64,000 nucleotides of DNA from assembly GCA_965207265.1 (NCBI GenBank), contig OZ242279.1:6235359-6299358 (forward strand), written 5' to 3'. Below, in pieces: positions 27,941-38,589 of this stretch. Positions within the stretch are counted from its first letter, which is position 1. Each line of letters opens with the position of its first letter. The position numbers were made by a program, and so were the translations under genes. Source of the stretch: Vicinamibacterales bacterium. GTDB lineage: Bacteria > Acidobacteriota > Vicinamibacteria > Vicinamibacterales > UBA8438. A model generated the notes under the pieces. That model did not search any database. It worked only from the letters and a program-made list of their open reading frames with translations, and was not told where the DNA came from.

Positions 27941-30340
27941 GTGGTAGCCACGACCCTGTCCCGTCGCGCAAGCGAGACGCTCGGCGTCGCCTTCTTCGCG
28001 GGCGCTCTCGTCTGGCTCGTCTCACTGGCGACCTACGACGCCGCCGACGCCGTCTGGTTCTTCTATCCCGGCGGGGTGACGCCGCCAATGAACCTGGTCG
28101 GCCGAGTCGGGGCGTTCCTGGCCGAGCTCTCCTACCAGGCTCTGGGGTTGACGGCGTTTCTGATTCCGTTGCAACTCGTCGTGCTCGGCTGGCACGCCTT
28201 CTGGTGCCGGCCCGTCGGTGGCGCCTACGCGAAACTGCTCGGCCTCGGCGTGATCGTGGGGTGCAGCGCCGGGTTCCTGAGTCTTGCGGTCGGACACCTC
28301 GTCGAGTCGCCCCGCCCCGTCGATGCAGGCGGATATCTTGGAGCCGTACTCACGGGCCTGCTGGCCGAGTATTTCAACCGGATCGGATCGAGCATCGTCA
28401 TCCTGACCGTCCTGTTTCTGGCAGTGATGCTGTCGACCCAGTTCTCCCTGGGGCAGCTCCTGTCGGCCGTCTGGCGCGGTCTGGGCGGCCTCTCGCAGGC
28501 GGTGCGCGGGACGATCGGGGGCTGGTGGACGCAACGCCAGCGCGCGCGGCAGCGGCGGGACGTCGTCAACAAGCATCTGGCGAAGACCGGCTCGTCGTCC
28601 GCGCGCACCGAGATTCTGGCTCGCAGCCACGCTCCGGAACGTCCGCGGCGGAGCATGCCGCGGAAGGCGCCAACCGGGCCGCGAGAGCCGGAGCCGGTAC
28701 CCTCGGCCGGCGATCCGGCCGGGAACGTCGCTCTCGATGCGGAGCCGCCGCCCCCACCGGCTCCGCTGCCCGCGTCCGCGCCCGCGATATCGTCACCGCC
28801 CGAACCACTTGAGCCCGTGTCGGCGCCGACGCCCGACCTGTCGATGCAGGAACGGCGCAGCCGCTACACCTCGCCTCCGATCTCGCTGCTCGACTCCCCG
28901 CGAGCGATGCAGACCTTCGACGAACGCCAGCTCATGGACCGGGCCCATCTGCTCGAGGAGAAGTGCCGTGAGTTCTCCGTCGAGGGCTCCGTGGTTCAGA
29001 TCCATCCGGGTCCGGTGGTCACGACCTTCGAGTTCAAGCCGGACGCCGGCGTCAAGTACAGCCGGGTCACCGGCCTCGCCGACGACCTGTGCCTGGCGAT
29101 GCAGGCCGAGTCGGTGCTCATCGAGCGCATCCCCGGCAAGTCGACCGTGGGCATGCAGATCCCGAACGCGGAACGCGATCAGATCTCGCTGCGGGAGCTG
29201 CTGCAGTCGGAACCGTACGCGCAGTCGTCGTCGAAGCTGACTCTCGCGCTCGGCAAGACCATCCATGGCGAACCGGTCGTCGCCGATCTCGCCACCATGC
29301 CGCATCTGCTGATTGCCGGCGCCACCGGCACGGGCAAGTCCGTCTGCCTGAACGCGATGCTGACCAGCATCCTGTACCGGGCGACACCCGACGAGGTGCG
29401 GCTGATCATGATCGACCCGAAGCGCCTGGAGCTCGGGATGTACGCGGACATCCCTCACCTTCTGACGCCGGTCGTGGTCGAGCCCAAGCAGGCCAACAAT
29501 GCGCTCCGCTGGGCGGTTCGCGAGATGGAGGAACGGTACAAGCAGCTCGCCGCGGAGGGGGTGCGCAATATCGGCCAGTACAACCGGAACGTGCGCCGGC
29601 AAATCGAGGAGCGCGTCGGCGCCGGCGCCGCCCAGGCCGGTGGCGAGGGAGGCGAAGGGGCCGAGACCCCGGCGCCCCTGCCCTACGTGATTCTCGCCAT
29701 CGACGAGCTCGCCGATCTGATGATGGTGGCGAGCAAGGACGTCGAGGAATCGATAGCGCGTCTGGCCCAGATGGCGCGGGCGGTCGGGATTCACCTCATC
29801 CTGGCGACGCAGCGGCCGTCGGTCGACGTAATCACCGGTCTGATCAAGGCGAATCTGCCCTCGCGCATCGCGTTCCGCGTGTCCTCCAAGGTCGACTCGC
29901 GCACCATTCTCGACGGCAACGGGGCCGAGCAGCTTCTCGGAAAGGGAGACATGCTGTACCTGCCGCCGGCGTCGTCCCGTTGCGTCCGGCTGCACGGTCC
30001 GTACATATCGGAGCGCGAGACCGCACGTCTGTGCAGCTTCCTGCGCAAACAGGGCGCGCCCGGCTACGACGAGTCGATTACCGCGGACGAGAAGGCGCCG
30101 GAAGCGGCTCCGGTAGAGCACGACGACCTCTACGACCAGGCCGCGCGCATCATCGTCAGCAGCGGCCAGGCCTCCATCTCGTTTCTCCAGCGGCGTCTCC
30201 GCATCGGGTTCAGCCGCGCTGCGCGCCTCGTCGACATGATGGAGGCGGACGGTCTCGTCTCCGCAGGAACCGCGGGCAAGCCGCGGGAAGTGCTGGTCAA
30301 GCCCGACTACTTCGACCAGGTCGATCTGCAGCTCCACTAG
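27941..30340 (+). CDS. ftsK: DNA translocase FtsK
   Basis: 799 aa with N-terminal TM helices, a Pro/Ala-rich linker, Walker A GATGTGKS, and the gamma winged helix ISFLQRRLRIGFSRAARLVDMME. Confidence 0.93.
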   Translation: MVATTLSRRASETLGVAFFAGALVWLVSLATYDAADAVWFFYPGGVTPPMNLVGRVGAFLAELSYQALGLTAFLIPLQLVVLGWHAFWCRPVGGAYAKLLGLGVIVGCSAGFLSLAVGHLVESPRPVDAGGYLGAVLTGLLAEYFNRIGSSIVILTVLFLAVMLSTQFSLGQLLSAVWRGLGGLSQAVRGTIGGWWTQRQRARQRRDVVNKHLAKTGSSSARTEILARSHAPERPRRSMPRKAPTGPREPEPVPSAGDPAGNVALDAEPPPPPAPLPASAPAISSPPEPLEPVSAPTPDLSMQERRSRYTSPPISLLDSPRAMQTFDERQLMDRAHLLEEKCREFSVEGSVVQIHPGPVVTTFEFKPDAGVKYSRVTGLADDLCLAMQAESVLIERIPGKSTVGMQIPNAERDQISLRELLQSEPYAQSSSKLTLALGKTIHGEPVVADLATMPHLLIAGATGTGKSVCLNAMLTSILYRATPDEVRLIMIDPKRLELGMYADIPHLLTPVVVEPKQANNALRWAVREMEERYKQLAAEGVRNIGQYNRNVRRQIEERVGAGAAQAGGEGGEGAETPAPLPYVILAIDELADLMMVASKDVEESIARLAQMARAVGIHLILATQRPSVDVITGLIKANLPSRIAFRVSSKVDSRTILDGNGAEQLLGKGDMLYLPPASSRCVRLHGPYISERETARLCSFLRKQGAPGYDESITADEKAPEAAPVEHDDLYDQAARIIVSSGQASISFLQRRLRIGFSRAARLVDMMEADGLVSAGTAGKPREVLVKPDYFDQVDLQLH

Positions 30341-30366
30341 CGAAGGAGCGAAGGGCGGGCAGGCGA

Positions 30367-30618
30367 TCAGCGGCCGGAGGCTCCCAGACCGAGACGGGTT
30401 GCGCCTCCGCCGGCGGTTCCATCGATGTCCCGGCCGCGCAGCTTCCGCATGCCGATGAGGAGGCCGGCCAGGGATACGCCGAGCAGGACGGCGACGAGGC
30501 CGAGCACGCCCACGACCGAGAACGCGCCGAGCACCACGTCGATGACGGTCGTCTGCTCGGTGGTGGCCTCTACCACCTCGTAGATCAGCGGCGTCACCGG
30601 CTCGGGCTGGACGACCAC
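30367..30618 (-). CDS. Small hypothetical membrane protein
   Basis: 83-aa ORF directly downstream of pepA. It has one clear TM helix (VVLGAFSVVGVLGLVAVLLGVSLAGLLIG). Coding status is not certain. Confidence 0.4.
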   Translation of the reverse strand: MVVQPEPVTPLIYEVVEATTEQTTVIDVVLGAFSVVGVLGLVAVLLGVSLAGLLIGMRKLRGRDIDGTAGGGATRLGLGASGR

Positions 30619-30627
30619 GAAGACAGC

Positions 30628-32145
30628 CTACCAATTCCAGTCGTCGGTCGCCAACCTGGTCAGCGTGCGCACCATGACGCCGGTGGCCCCGGCGGCGGCG
30701 TCCTCCCGGGGCTTCTCGATCCAGGCGGTACCGGCGATGTCTATGTGGGCCCAGGGCAGCCCGCCGGTGAACGCGTCGAGAAACGCCGCCGCGGTGCAGG
30801 CCCCGCCCTCGCGCCCGCCGATGTTCTTCAGGTCCGCCAGCTCCGATCGCAATTGCTCCCGGTATTCCTCATAGAGGGGCAGTGGCCACACCCGCTCGCC
30901 GGCCCGGGCGCCCGCTGCCTGGAGCGCGTCGCTCCATGCCGGCGGGCGGGCGAAGAGCCCGCTGGCGGCTCCGCCCAGCGCAATCACGCAGGCCCCGGTC
31001 AGCGTCGCCACGTCGACAAGATGGGTGGCCCCGCATTCCCGCGCGTACCAGAGTGCATCGCCGAGGATCAAGCGGCCCTCGGCGTCCGTGTTCAGCACCT
31101 CGACCGTGGTGCCGCCGGCGCCGGTCAGAATGTCGCCCGGCCGCGTGGCGCGGCCGCCGGGCATGTTCTCGGCCATCGGGACGATGCCCAGAACGCGGCG
31201 GGGAACCCCCAGCGCCCCGATCGCGCGCATCGCGCCGACGACCGCGGCGCCGCCCGCCATGTCGCTCTTCATCCACTCCATGCCGGCCGCCGGCTTGATC
31301 GAGATCCCGCCCGTGTCGAAGGTCACGCCCTTGCCGACCAGCGCCAGCACCGGCTCGGCGGGTGCGTCTGACGGCTCGTGACGCATGATCAGCAGACGCG
31401 GCGGCGCCGCGCTGCCCTGGCCGACACCCAGGAGCAACCCCATGCCGAGCCCACGGATGGCGGTCTCGTCCAGAACCTGGGTGGCCACTCCTGTTTCGGC
31501 GACAGCTTCCACTGCCCGTTCCGCGAACACGGCCGGAGGCAGCAGGTTGGACGGCTGGTTCGCGAGCTCGCGGGCCAGGTTGGTCGCCGCACCGATGGTG
31601 ACGCCCCGGGCGACGGCCTCCGTCGTACCGGTGACGCCCTTCCCGTCCGGCCAGACGACGTCGCACGCCGGGGCCGGGCCGTCCGCTTCCGGCTCGCTCT
31701 TGTAGCGGGTGTCGGCGAACCCGCCGCTGACGACGCCCTCCCCTACCGCCTGAGCCAACTCCGCCGGTTCCCCGTCGCTCCGGCAGACGAAGGCGAATCG
31801 TTGGACACGGCGGGCGCGCGCCACCCGGCTGGCTACCGCCGCCGCTTCGCGCAGGCGTGCCGCCGGTCCTTCCGGCCCGGGCGGTGCACCGACCAGGAGC
31901 AATCGCGACGCGCGCCACCCGGCGCCGGTCAGCGCAGTCTCGAACGTCTCGCGGCGTTTTCCCCGGAACGCACCCGAAGACCGGGCCTGTGCGAGCACAC
32001 CGCCGGTAGCGGCGTCGAGACCGGGAAGATCGTCCAGCGTGTCGGCTGCGGCATCGCCCAGCACGGGAACGGCGAGCAGCGTCGCGTCGGCCGCCGCCGC
32101 CGGGGCGCCGCTCGCGCCGGCGGTGGCGGAAGTCGTTGTCGGCAT
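30628..32145 (-). CDS. pepA: Leucyl aminopeptidase (M17)
   Basis: Track ORF 30628..32214 trimmed to MPTTTSAT. The M17 signature NTDAEGRLILGDAL is present, with GKGVTFDTGG. Confidence 0.9.
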   Translation of the reverse strand: MPTTTSATAGASGAPAAAADATLLAVPVLGDAAADTLDDLPGLDAATGGVLAQARSSGAFRGKRRETFETALTGAGWRASRLLLVGAPPGPEGPAARLREAAAVASRVARARRVQRFAFVCRSDGEPAELAQAVGEGVVSGGFADTRYKSEPEADGPAPACDVVWPDGKGVTGTTEAVARGVTIGAATNLARELANQPSNLLPPAVFAERAVEAVAETGVATQVLDETAIRGLGMGLLLGVGQGSAAPPRLLIMRHEPSDAPAEPVLALVGKGVTFDTGGISIKPAAGMEWMKSDMAGGAAVVGAMRAIGALGVPRRVLGIVPMAENMPGGRATRPGDILTGAGGTTVEVLNTDAEGRLILGDALWYARECGATHLVDVATLTGACVIALGGAASGLFARPPAWSDALQAAGARAGERVWPLPLYEEYREQLRSELADLKNIGGREGGACTAAAFLDAFTGGLPWAHIDIAGTAWIEKPREDAAAGATGVMVRTLTRLATDDWNW

Positions 32146-32151
32146 CCCGCA

Positions 32152-32157
32152 ATTATA
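32152..32157 (-). promoter_or_regulatory. Perfect -10 box TATAAT placed 6 nt before the pepA ATG (leaderless arrangement)
   Basis: The minus strand reads cccgaTATAATtgcgggATG. A plus-strand TACAAT (32164-32169) faces the divergent gene at 32199. Confidence 0.4.
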
Positions 32158-32198
32158 TCGGGCTACAATGAGGAGATTACTGTCTGAGAGGTCAGCCC

Positions 32199-32660
32199 AT
32201 GGCTCGTTCATCATCCCGGCGGCGCGGCGCGTTTCTCGGTTTCTCGGTCGGCGTGCTGGCGGTCGTCCTCGCCGCCGGGCAGATGTCCGATGGATACGCT
32301 GCGTTCCAGCGGCGAGGTCCCGACGACGACCCCCGGCTCCGGCTGCGCGCTACGCCGCGCGTGGGGCTCGCTCCCGCGAGCATTCTCTTCGTCGGAACGC
32401 TCGACGGTGGTCCCGACGACAACGAGGAGCTCTACTGCACGACCATCGAGTGGGACTGGGGCGACGACACGTTGTCGGAGAGCACCCCGGATTGCGAGCC
32501 GCTCGAGCCGGGCCGGACCGAGATCCGCCGGCGCTTCTCGGTCCGCCACACCTTCGACTACGCCGGTCGCTACGAGGTGCGCCTCAATCTGAAGCGGCGG
32601 GACGACATCCTCATCTCGGCGCGCACGCGCATCGAGGTGCGCGGCAACCGGTTCCGCTAG
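32199..32660 (+). CDS. Hypothetical exported protein (beta-rich, PKD/Ig-like?)
   Basis: 153 aa with an N-terminal signal/anchor ([16 protein letters not shown]) and GAGAGG upstream. No family recognised. Confidence 0.5.
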   Translation: MARSSSRRRGAFLGFSVGVLAVVLAAGQMSDGYAAFQRRGPDDDPRLRLRATPRVGLAPASILFVGTLDGGPDDNEELYCTTIEWDWGDDTLSESTPDCEPLEPGRTEIRRRFSVRHTFDYAGRYEVRLNLKRRDDILISARTRIEVRGNRFR

Positions 32661-32667
32661 AGCCGGT

Positions 32668-33591
32668 TCACTCTCCCTGGGGCGCACGGCGGCGGGCCGC
32701 GAGTGCGGCCCTCCACCGGGAAGCCGAGTCGAAGATCCGGTCCACCGCCCCACCGTCGGCGAGATGGTCTCGAGCCGCCTGAAGCTCCCGGATCAGCACG
32801 TCGAGCGCTGTACCAATCTCGTCCGCGTTCGTGGCGCAGATGTCCCGCCAGATGTCCGCCGGGCTCGACGCCAGCCGCGTGGTGTCCGCCAGACCCCGCC
32901 CGCTCAGCGCCAACCCGTCCTCGCCGATGGCATCTCCGACGACATGCATCAGCACGCTGGCGGTGAGTTGCGGCACGTGGCTGAGGAAGGCGAGCAGGCG
33001 GTCATGGGCGTCGGGGGCCAGCACGTGAGGCGCCGCGCCGAAGCCGGTGACGAACCGGCGCAGCTTCTCGAGCGCTGCGCCATGGTGGTCGTCGGACGGG
33101 GTGAAGAGCCACGGTCGGTCCCGGAACAGGTCCGGACGCGCGTGGTCGATGCCGCCGCGCGGCGCGCCTCCGAGCGGATGTCCGCCGACGAAGGTCAGGC
33201 GGGAAGGCAGCGCGCGCGCCGCTGCGACCAGGTCGCGCTTGGTGCTGCCGACGTCGGTGACGATGGCCGCGCCCCGGACGTGCTCTTCGAGGTCGGCAAG
33301 CAGGGCCAGATTGGTGCGGACGGGAGCGGCCAGCACCACGAGATCGGCTTCCGCCATCACGACCGGATCGTCCGCAGCGACGTCGATGGCGTGGCGCAGC
33401 ATCGCGCGCTCGAGCACCGGCTTGTCGTCGACGCCGATCACCAGTCCGGCCGGCCAGGTCTCCCGAATGGCGAGGGCCAGGGACCCGCCAATCAGGCCGA
33501 GGCCGACGATTGCCACCCGATCGAACACCGGCGGGACCGACGATGCCGTTCCCGGCTGTATGACCGGCAGGGTGCGAGGCGTGTCCGCCAT
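32668..33591 (-). CDS. tyrA: Prephenate dehydrogenase
   Basis: Track ORF 32668..34014 trimmed to MADTPRTL. Rossmann motif [14 protein letters not shown] is present, with GGHPLGG. Confidence 0.85.
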   Translation of the reverse strand: MADTPRTLPVIQPGTASSVPPVFDRVAIVGLGLIGGSLALAIRETWPAGLVIGVDDKPVLERAMLRHAIDVAADDPVVMAEADLVVLAAPVRTNLALLADLEEHVRGAAIVTDVGSTKRDLVAAARALPSRLTFVGGHPLGGAPRGGIDHARPDLFRDRPWLFTPSDDHHGAALEKLRRFVTGFGAAPHVLAPDAHDRLLAFLSHVPQLTASVLMHVVGDAIGEDGLALSGRGLADTTRLASSPADIWRDICATNADEIGTALDVLIRELQAARDHLADGGAVDRIFDSASRWRAALAARRRAPQGE

Positions 33592-33605
33592 GGCTGTTGC
33601 CCGGG

Positions 33606-34661
33606 TCAGACGTGCGACGCCGCCACGCGGCGGGCCACCGGCTCCACGCAGATGCTCCGGCCGATGGCCGGGGCGATGATGCGCAGCTCGGACATCAGGC
33701 GCTCGAACTGCTCCGGAAACATCGACTGCGCGCCGTCGCTCCGGGCGTGGTCCGGGTCGGGATGCACCTCGATCAGGAGTCCGTCGGCACCTGCCGCCAC
33801 CGCCGCACGGGCCATCGGGGCCACCTTGTCGCGCAGTCCGGTTCCGTGGCTCGGGTCGACGATGACGGGCAGGTGGCTCAGCTTGTGAATCACCGGGATC
33901 GCCGAGATGTCCAGCGTATTCCGGGTGTAGGGCTCGAACGTGCGGATGCCCCGCTCGCAGAGGACCACGTTGCCGTTGCCGCCGGCCAGCACGTACTCCG
34001 ACGAGAGCAGCCACTCCTCGATCGTCGCCGAGATGCCGCGCTTGAGCAGAATGGGCGTCCGCGACCGGCCGAGCTCCCGCAGGAGGCTGTAGTTCTGCAT
34101 GTTGCGGGCGCCCACCTGCAGCATGTCGGCGTACCTGCCTACCAGCTCGATCTGGCCGACGTCCATCACCTCGGTCACCAGCTTCAGCCGATGCCGGTCG
34201 CAGGCGGCGCGCAGCATGCGCAGGCCCTCCTCGCCGAGGCCCTGGAAGCTGTAGGGCGAGCTGCGCGGCTTGAACGCCCCTCCGCGCAGCATCTTGGCGC
34301 CGGCCCCGGCTACCGTGGCGGCGGCGGCATCGACCTGCTCCTCCGTCTCGGCGGAGCAGGGCCCCGCCATGACGATCACCTCGTCGCCGCCGATCCGGAA
34401 CCCTCCCAGCGAAACGAGGGTGGAAGTCGGCCTGAAGGTGCGGCTGGCCAGCTTGTAGGGCTCGGTGATGCGCAGCACCTGCTGCACGCCGTCCATGACC
34501 TCGATCACGCCGGTGTCGAATTCCCGGTTCCCTCCGACCGCCCCGAGCACGGTCTTGAGCGCGCCGGTCGAGCGATGCACGTCGAAGTTCCGCTCGACGA
34601 GCGTGGCGATGACGTGCTGAATCTGGTCCTCCGACGCGCGTTCCTGCATGACGACCACCAT
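33606..34661 (-). CDS. 3-deoxy-7-phosphoheptulonate (DAHP) synthase, type I-beta, with N-terminal ferredoxin-like regulatory domain
   Basis: 351 aa. Motifs seen: [23 protein letters not shown]. The roughly 75-aa N-terminal extension resembles the Thermotoga-type regulatory domain. Confidence 0.9.
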   Translation of the reverse strand: MVVVMQERASEDQIQHVIATLVERNFDVHRSTGALKTVLGAVGGNREFDTGVIEVMDGVQQVLRITEPYKLASRTFRPTSTLVSLGGFRIGGDEVIVMAGPCSAETEEQVDAAAATVAGAGAKMLRGGAFKPRSSPYSFQGLGEEGLRMLRAACDRHRLKLVTEVMDVGQIELVGRYADMLQVGARNMQNYSLLRELGRSRTPILLKRGISATIEEWLLSSEYVLAGGNGNVVLCERGIRTFEPYTRNTLDISAIPVIHKLSHLPVIVDPSHGTGLRDKVAPMARAAVAAGADGLLIEVHPDPDHARSDGAQSMFPEQFERLMSELRIIAPAIGRSICVEPVARRVAASHV

Positions 34662-34698
34662 CGCACTCTACTCCCTGCGCCCGGCGTCTGCCGCCGGG

Positions 34699-35034
34699 CT
34701 ACCCGTTCCCGGGCTCTCCTGCATCCCGCAGCCGTTCCAGACGGCGCGACTCGTCGATGATCCGCTCGAACAGGCGGATTATCGCGACGTCCGCCAGGGG
34801 ACCCGCGTTGACCCGCCGCACGTGATCGAGCACGGTCCGTTCCCGACCAGGCTGGTAGACTTCCATTCCCACCTGCTCCTTGAGCCGCCCGATCTCGTTC
34901 GCGCAGGTTGCGCGGGCGTTCAGGAGACGCACGATTTCCTCGTCCAATCGATCGATCCGGCGCCTGTACGCATCGAGCCGCTCCGCGATGTTCTCGGGCG
35001 CCGGAGGATCGCCCTGGGACCTGCCTTCCGGCAT
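34699..35034 (-). CDS. Chorismate mutase (AroQ class)
   Basis: Track ORF 34699..35124 trimmed to MPEGRSQ. LDAYRRRIDRLDEEIVRLLNARA...IGRLK is the AroQ helix-1 pattern. The ATG lies 1 nt after the trpA stop. Confidence 0.8.
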   Translation of the reverse strand: MPEGRSQGDPPAPENIAERLDAYRRRIDRLDEEIVRLLNARATCANEIGRLKEQVGMEVYQPGRERTVLDHVRRVNAGPLADVAIIRLFERIIDESRRLERLRDAGEPGNG

Positions 35035-35035
35035 C

Positions 35036-35869
35036 TCATTGCTCTCCCGCGCCCACGGACGCGGCGCGGCCCTCGGGAGTGTCGACGTCGCCGCGCAGCC
35101 ACCGCACGTACCGTTCCACGTCACCCAGCACGCTGCTCGGCGCGGCCCGGGCGATGACGTCGATCAATGCGCTGCCAACGACCGCCGCGTCGGCCCAGCG
35201 TCCCACTTCAGCCACGTGTTCCGGGCGCGAGATGCCGAAGCCGAGCGCGACCGGCAGATCGGTAGCCCGCCGAATGCGGCCGACCAGTGCCTCGGCGCCG
35301 TCGGCGATCGCGCTGCGGGCGCCGGTCACCCCCAACCGCGATATGCCGTAGAGGAACCCGCGCCCCAGCTCCGCCGCCCGGCGGATGCGCGCGTCGGTCG
35401 TGGTGGGGCTGAGCAGGAAGATCGGGTCGATTCCGGCGCCCAGCGTCGCGTCGCGAAACCGGTCGGCCTCCTCGATCGGCAGATCGAGTGCGAGCACGCC
35501 GTCGACGCCGGCCGCGGCGGCCCGCTCGACGAACCCGGTCGTGCCCATGCGCACGACCGGGTTGGCATAGGTGAACAGCACGATGCCGGCCGAGATGTCC
35601 GGTCGCACCTCGGCCACGAGGTCCAGCACGCGGGCGAGCGTGGCGCCGGCGCGCAGGGCCCGTTCCGAGGCCCGCTGAATCACCGGTCCGTCGGCGAGCG
35701 GGTCGGAGAACGGCACGCCGACTTCCAGGACGTCGGCGCCGGCCCGGTCCAGCACCTGCAGGATCTCGGCGGAACGCTCCAGATCCGGATCGCCGGCCGT
35801 CGTGAACGTCACGAGGCCGTGCCGGCCGCGGCGCCGCAAGGTCTCGAACGTACGCTCCAGACGCGACAT
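35036..35869 (-). CDS. trpA: Tryptophan synthase alpha chain
   Basis: Track ORF 35036..35917 trimmed to MSRLERTFETL. LEVGVPFSDPLADGPVIQ signature is present. Confidence 0.93.
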   Translation of the reverse strand: MSRLERTFETLRRRGRHGLVTFTTAGDPDLERSAEILQVLDRAGADVLEVGVPFSDPLADGPVIQRASERALRAGATLARVLDLVAEVRPDISAGIVLFTYANPVVRMGTTGFVERAAAAGVDGVLALDLPIEEADRFRDATLGAGIDPIFLLSPTTTDARIRRAAELGRGFLYGISRLGVTGARSAIADGAEALVGRIRRATDLPVALGFGISRPEHVAEVGRWADAAVVGSALIDVIARAAPSSVLGDVERYVRWLRGDVDTPEGRAASVGAGEQ

Positions 35870-35876
35870 GCTCTTC

Positions 35877-37109
35877 CTATCCCTCCGCCGGCTCGCGTTC
35901 CCTGATCGCGTCCACATCCTTGTCGCCGCGCCCCGAGAGGTTCACCGCGATGATGTGTTCGCTGCCCAGTTCCGGCGCGAGACGGCATGCGTGCGACACC
36001 GCGTGGGCCGACTCGAGCGCCGGCAGAATCCCTTCGGTGCGGGCGAGCAGCCGGAACGCGCCGAGCGCTTCCTCATCGGACGCCGAGGCGTACTCCGCAC
36101 GGCCGAGATCGCGGAGCCACGCGTGCTCGGGCCCCACGGCGGCGTAGTCGAGCCCGGCCGACACCGAGTGCGTGGGCTCGATGTTGCCGTCGAGGTCCTG
36201 CAGGAGATAGCTGCGCGTGCCTTGCAGCACGCCGGCCACCCCGGTGGCGAATCGCGCCGCGTGACGCCCCGCCACCAGCGCCTCGCCACCCGCCTCGACG
36301 CCGACCAGCCGCACGTCGCCGTCCTCGACGAAGCCGTCGAAGATGCCCAGGGCGTTGCTGCCCCCCCCGACGCAGGCGACCACGACGTCCGGGGCCCGAC
36401 CGGCCAGCTCGCCCATCTGCGTACGCGCCTCGCGGCCGATCACCGACTGGAACTCGCGCACCATCAGCGGATACGGGTGCGGGCCCAGCACCGAGCCGAG
36501 CAGGTAGTAGGTGTCCCCGACGTTCGTCACCCAGTCCCGCATCGCCTCGTTGATGGCGTCCTTCAAGGTCCGGCTCCCGGAGTCGACCTGCGAGACGGTC
36601 GCCCCGAGCAGACGCATCCGATAGACGTTGAGCGCCTGCCGCCGCATGTCGTCGGCGCCCATGTAGACCTCGCACGCGAGCCCGAGCAGCGCGCAGGCGG
36701 TGGCCGTGGCCACGCCGTGCTGTCCGGCGCCGGTCTCCGCCACGACCCGCCGCTTGCCCATCCTGACCGCGAGCAACGCCTGGCCGAGCGCGTTGTTGAT
36801 CTTGTGGGCGCCGGTATGGGCCAGATCCTCCCGCTTCAGAAAGATCCGCGCCACGCCGCCCGATCCCGCGCCGGCTTCCAGCGCGGCCCGGAGGCGGGTC
36901 GCCTCGTAGACGGGCGTGGGCCGGCCGACGTAGTGCCGCAGCAGCGCTTCGAGATCGGCGGAGAACGCCGGGTCCCGGCGGGCCTCGCGATAGGCCTCCT
37001 CCAACTCCTCCACCGGTGCGACCAGCGTTTCGGGAACGAACCGGCCTCCGTACTCCCCGAAGTACCCGCGCGAGTCCGGATCGCGCCGCCCGAAGCTCGG
37101 AGCCGTCAT
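35877..37109 (-). CDS. trpB: Tryptophan synthase beta chain
   Basis: Track ORF 35877..37703 trimmed to [29 protein letters not shown]. The PLP lysine motif HTGAHKINN is present. Confidence 0.95.
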   Translation of the reverse strand: MTAPSFGRRDPDSRGYFGEYGGRFVPETLVAPVEELEEAYREARRDPAFSADLEALLRHYVGRPTPVYEATRLRAALEAGAGSGGVARIFLKREDLAHTGAHKINNALGQALLAVRMGKRRVVAETGAGQHGVATATACALLGLACEVYMGADDMRRQALNVYRMRLLGATVSQVDSGSRTLKDAINEAMRDWVTNVGDTYYLLGSVLGPHPYPLMVREFQSVIGREARTQMGELAGRAPDVVVACVGGGSNALGIFDGFVEDGDVRLVGVEAGGEALVAGRHAARFATGVAGVLQGTRSYLLQDLDGNIEPTHSVSAGLDYAAVGPEHAWLRDLGRAEYASASDEEALGAFRLLARTEGILPALESAHAVSHACRLAPELGSEHIIAVNLSGRGDKDVDAIREREPAEG

Positions 37110-37726
37110 GCGCGTGCCACCTCCTCGAAGAACTCGCGCAGCCGGCCGGCGTCCTTGCGGCCCGGCTGCTCCTCGACACCACTCGATACGTCGATCCCGT
37201 ACGGCCGGACGGTTTCCAGCGCGGCGCCCACGTTCTCCGGGGCGAGGCCGCCGGCCAGGAAGATCCGGCGGCGGGCGGCCACGCCGGCCGCCACGCGCCA
37301 GTCCACGGTTCGTCCGGTCCCTCCCCTGCGTACCGGATCGCGGGCGTCGAGCAGCACCGTGATGTGGCCGGGCACCCGGCCGGCGGCGTCGCGGGTGGTC
37401 TCGCCCTCCACCGCCACCGCCTTCAGCACGCGATACGGCAACCCGTCGCACAGCGTGGCCGGCTCGTCTCCGTGAAGCTGAACCGCGGCCAGGCCCACGA
37501 GCTCGGCGATACGCCGCACGTCGCTCACCGCGGGATCGACGAAGACCCCTACGGGCGCGACGTCGGCCGGCAGCTCGCGGGCCAATGCCGCCGCCGTCTC
37601 GGGCTCTACGTAGCGCGGGCTCCGCGGCCAAAAGACGAAGCCGATGGCCGACGCTCCGAGATCGGCCGCGAGCAGGGCATCGTCCCGTCGCGTGATGCCG
37701 CACACCTTCACTTTCGCACGAGCCAT
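37106..37726 (-). CDS. trpF: N-(5'-phosphoribosyl)anthranilate isomerase
   Basis: Track ORF 37106..38686 trimmed to [17 protein letters not shown]. Its stop overlaps the trpB ATG (ATGA). Confidence 0.9.
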   Translation of the reverse strand: MARAKVKVCGITRRDDALLAADLGASAIGFVFWPRSPRYVEPETAAALARELPADVAPVGVFVDPAVSDVRRIAELVGLAAVQLHGDEPATLCDGLPYRVLKAVAVEGETTRDAAGRVPGHITVLLDARDPVRRGGTGRTVDWRVAAGVAARRRIFLAGGLAPENVGAALETVRPYGIDVSSGVEEQPGRKDAGRLREFFEEVARA

Positions 37727-38589
37727 GGTTCTCGATCTCGGGCAGTGTCGCGGCCGCGGGCGCCCCGCGGCGCCGGCTCGACCGCAGCGAGCATCCGCGC
37801 GAGGGCGTCGCCGGGGTCGGACCGGCTCATGAGCGACTCGCCCATCAGGAACGCGTCGTACCCCGCGTCGCGCAGCGCCTCCAGGTCGGCCGCACTGCGC
37901 AGCCCGCTCTCCGCGACCGCGACGACCCCTTCGGGAATCGCTTCGATCAGGGTCCGCGACGCTTCGAGGTCGACGGCGAGCGTCCGCAGGTTGCGGTTGT
38001 TGACGCCGACCACCGCCGCTCCCGCCCCCAGCACCCTGTCGAGCTCCCGCCGATTGTGGACCTCGGCCAGCACGGCAAGCTCCAGATCGGCGGCCTCGGC
38101 CGCAAGTCTGCGGAGCGTCCGGTCGTCGAGCGCAGCCGCGATCAGGAGCGCCGCGTCGGCCCCGGCCGCCCGCCCCTCGATCAACTGGTACTCGGAAACG
38201 ATGAAGTCCTTCTGCAGCAACGGCGCGTCCACCCGCTCGCGCACCGCGCGGAGATGATCGCGCGCGCCGTCGAAAAAGGCGGGCTCGGTGAGAACGGATA
38301 TCGCCGCGGCGCCGGCCGCCTCGTAACCGGCCGCGATCTGCGTGGGTTCGTAGTCGGCACGGATCACGCCGCGCGAGGGCGAGCGGCGCTTGCACTCCGC
38401 GATCACGCTGCAGCGATCCGGGTCGGCCAGCGCGGCGGCGAAGCGATCCCCGCGAGGTCGCCGGCGCGCCGCGGCGCGCTCGACTTCGTGCAGCGGGCAG
38501 CGCGCCCGCCGCTCCTCCACCGCGCGGCGTGTGGCCTCGACTATGGTCTCCAGGAGGTCGGCCGGCGTGGTCTGCACGGCGGCGGTCAT
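37708..38589 (-). CDS. trpC: Indole-3-glycerol phosphate synthase
   Basis: 293 aa. Motifs seen: [24 protein letters not shown]. Confidence 0.9.
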   Translation of the reverse strand: MTAAVQTTPADLLETIVEATRRAVEERRARCPLHEVERAAARRRPRGDRFAAALADPDRCSVIAECKRRSPSRGVIRADYEPTQIAAGYEAAGAAAISVLTEPAFFDGARDHLRAVRERVDAPLLQKDFIVSEYQLIEGRAAGADAALLIAAALDDRTLRRLAAEAADLELAVLAEVHNRRELDRVLGAGAAVVGVNNRNLRTLAVDLEASRTLIEAIPEGVVAVAESGLRSAADLEALRDAGYDAFLMGESLMSRSDPGDALARMLAAVEPAPRGARGRDTARDREPWLVRK

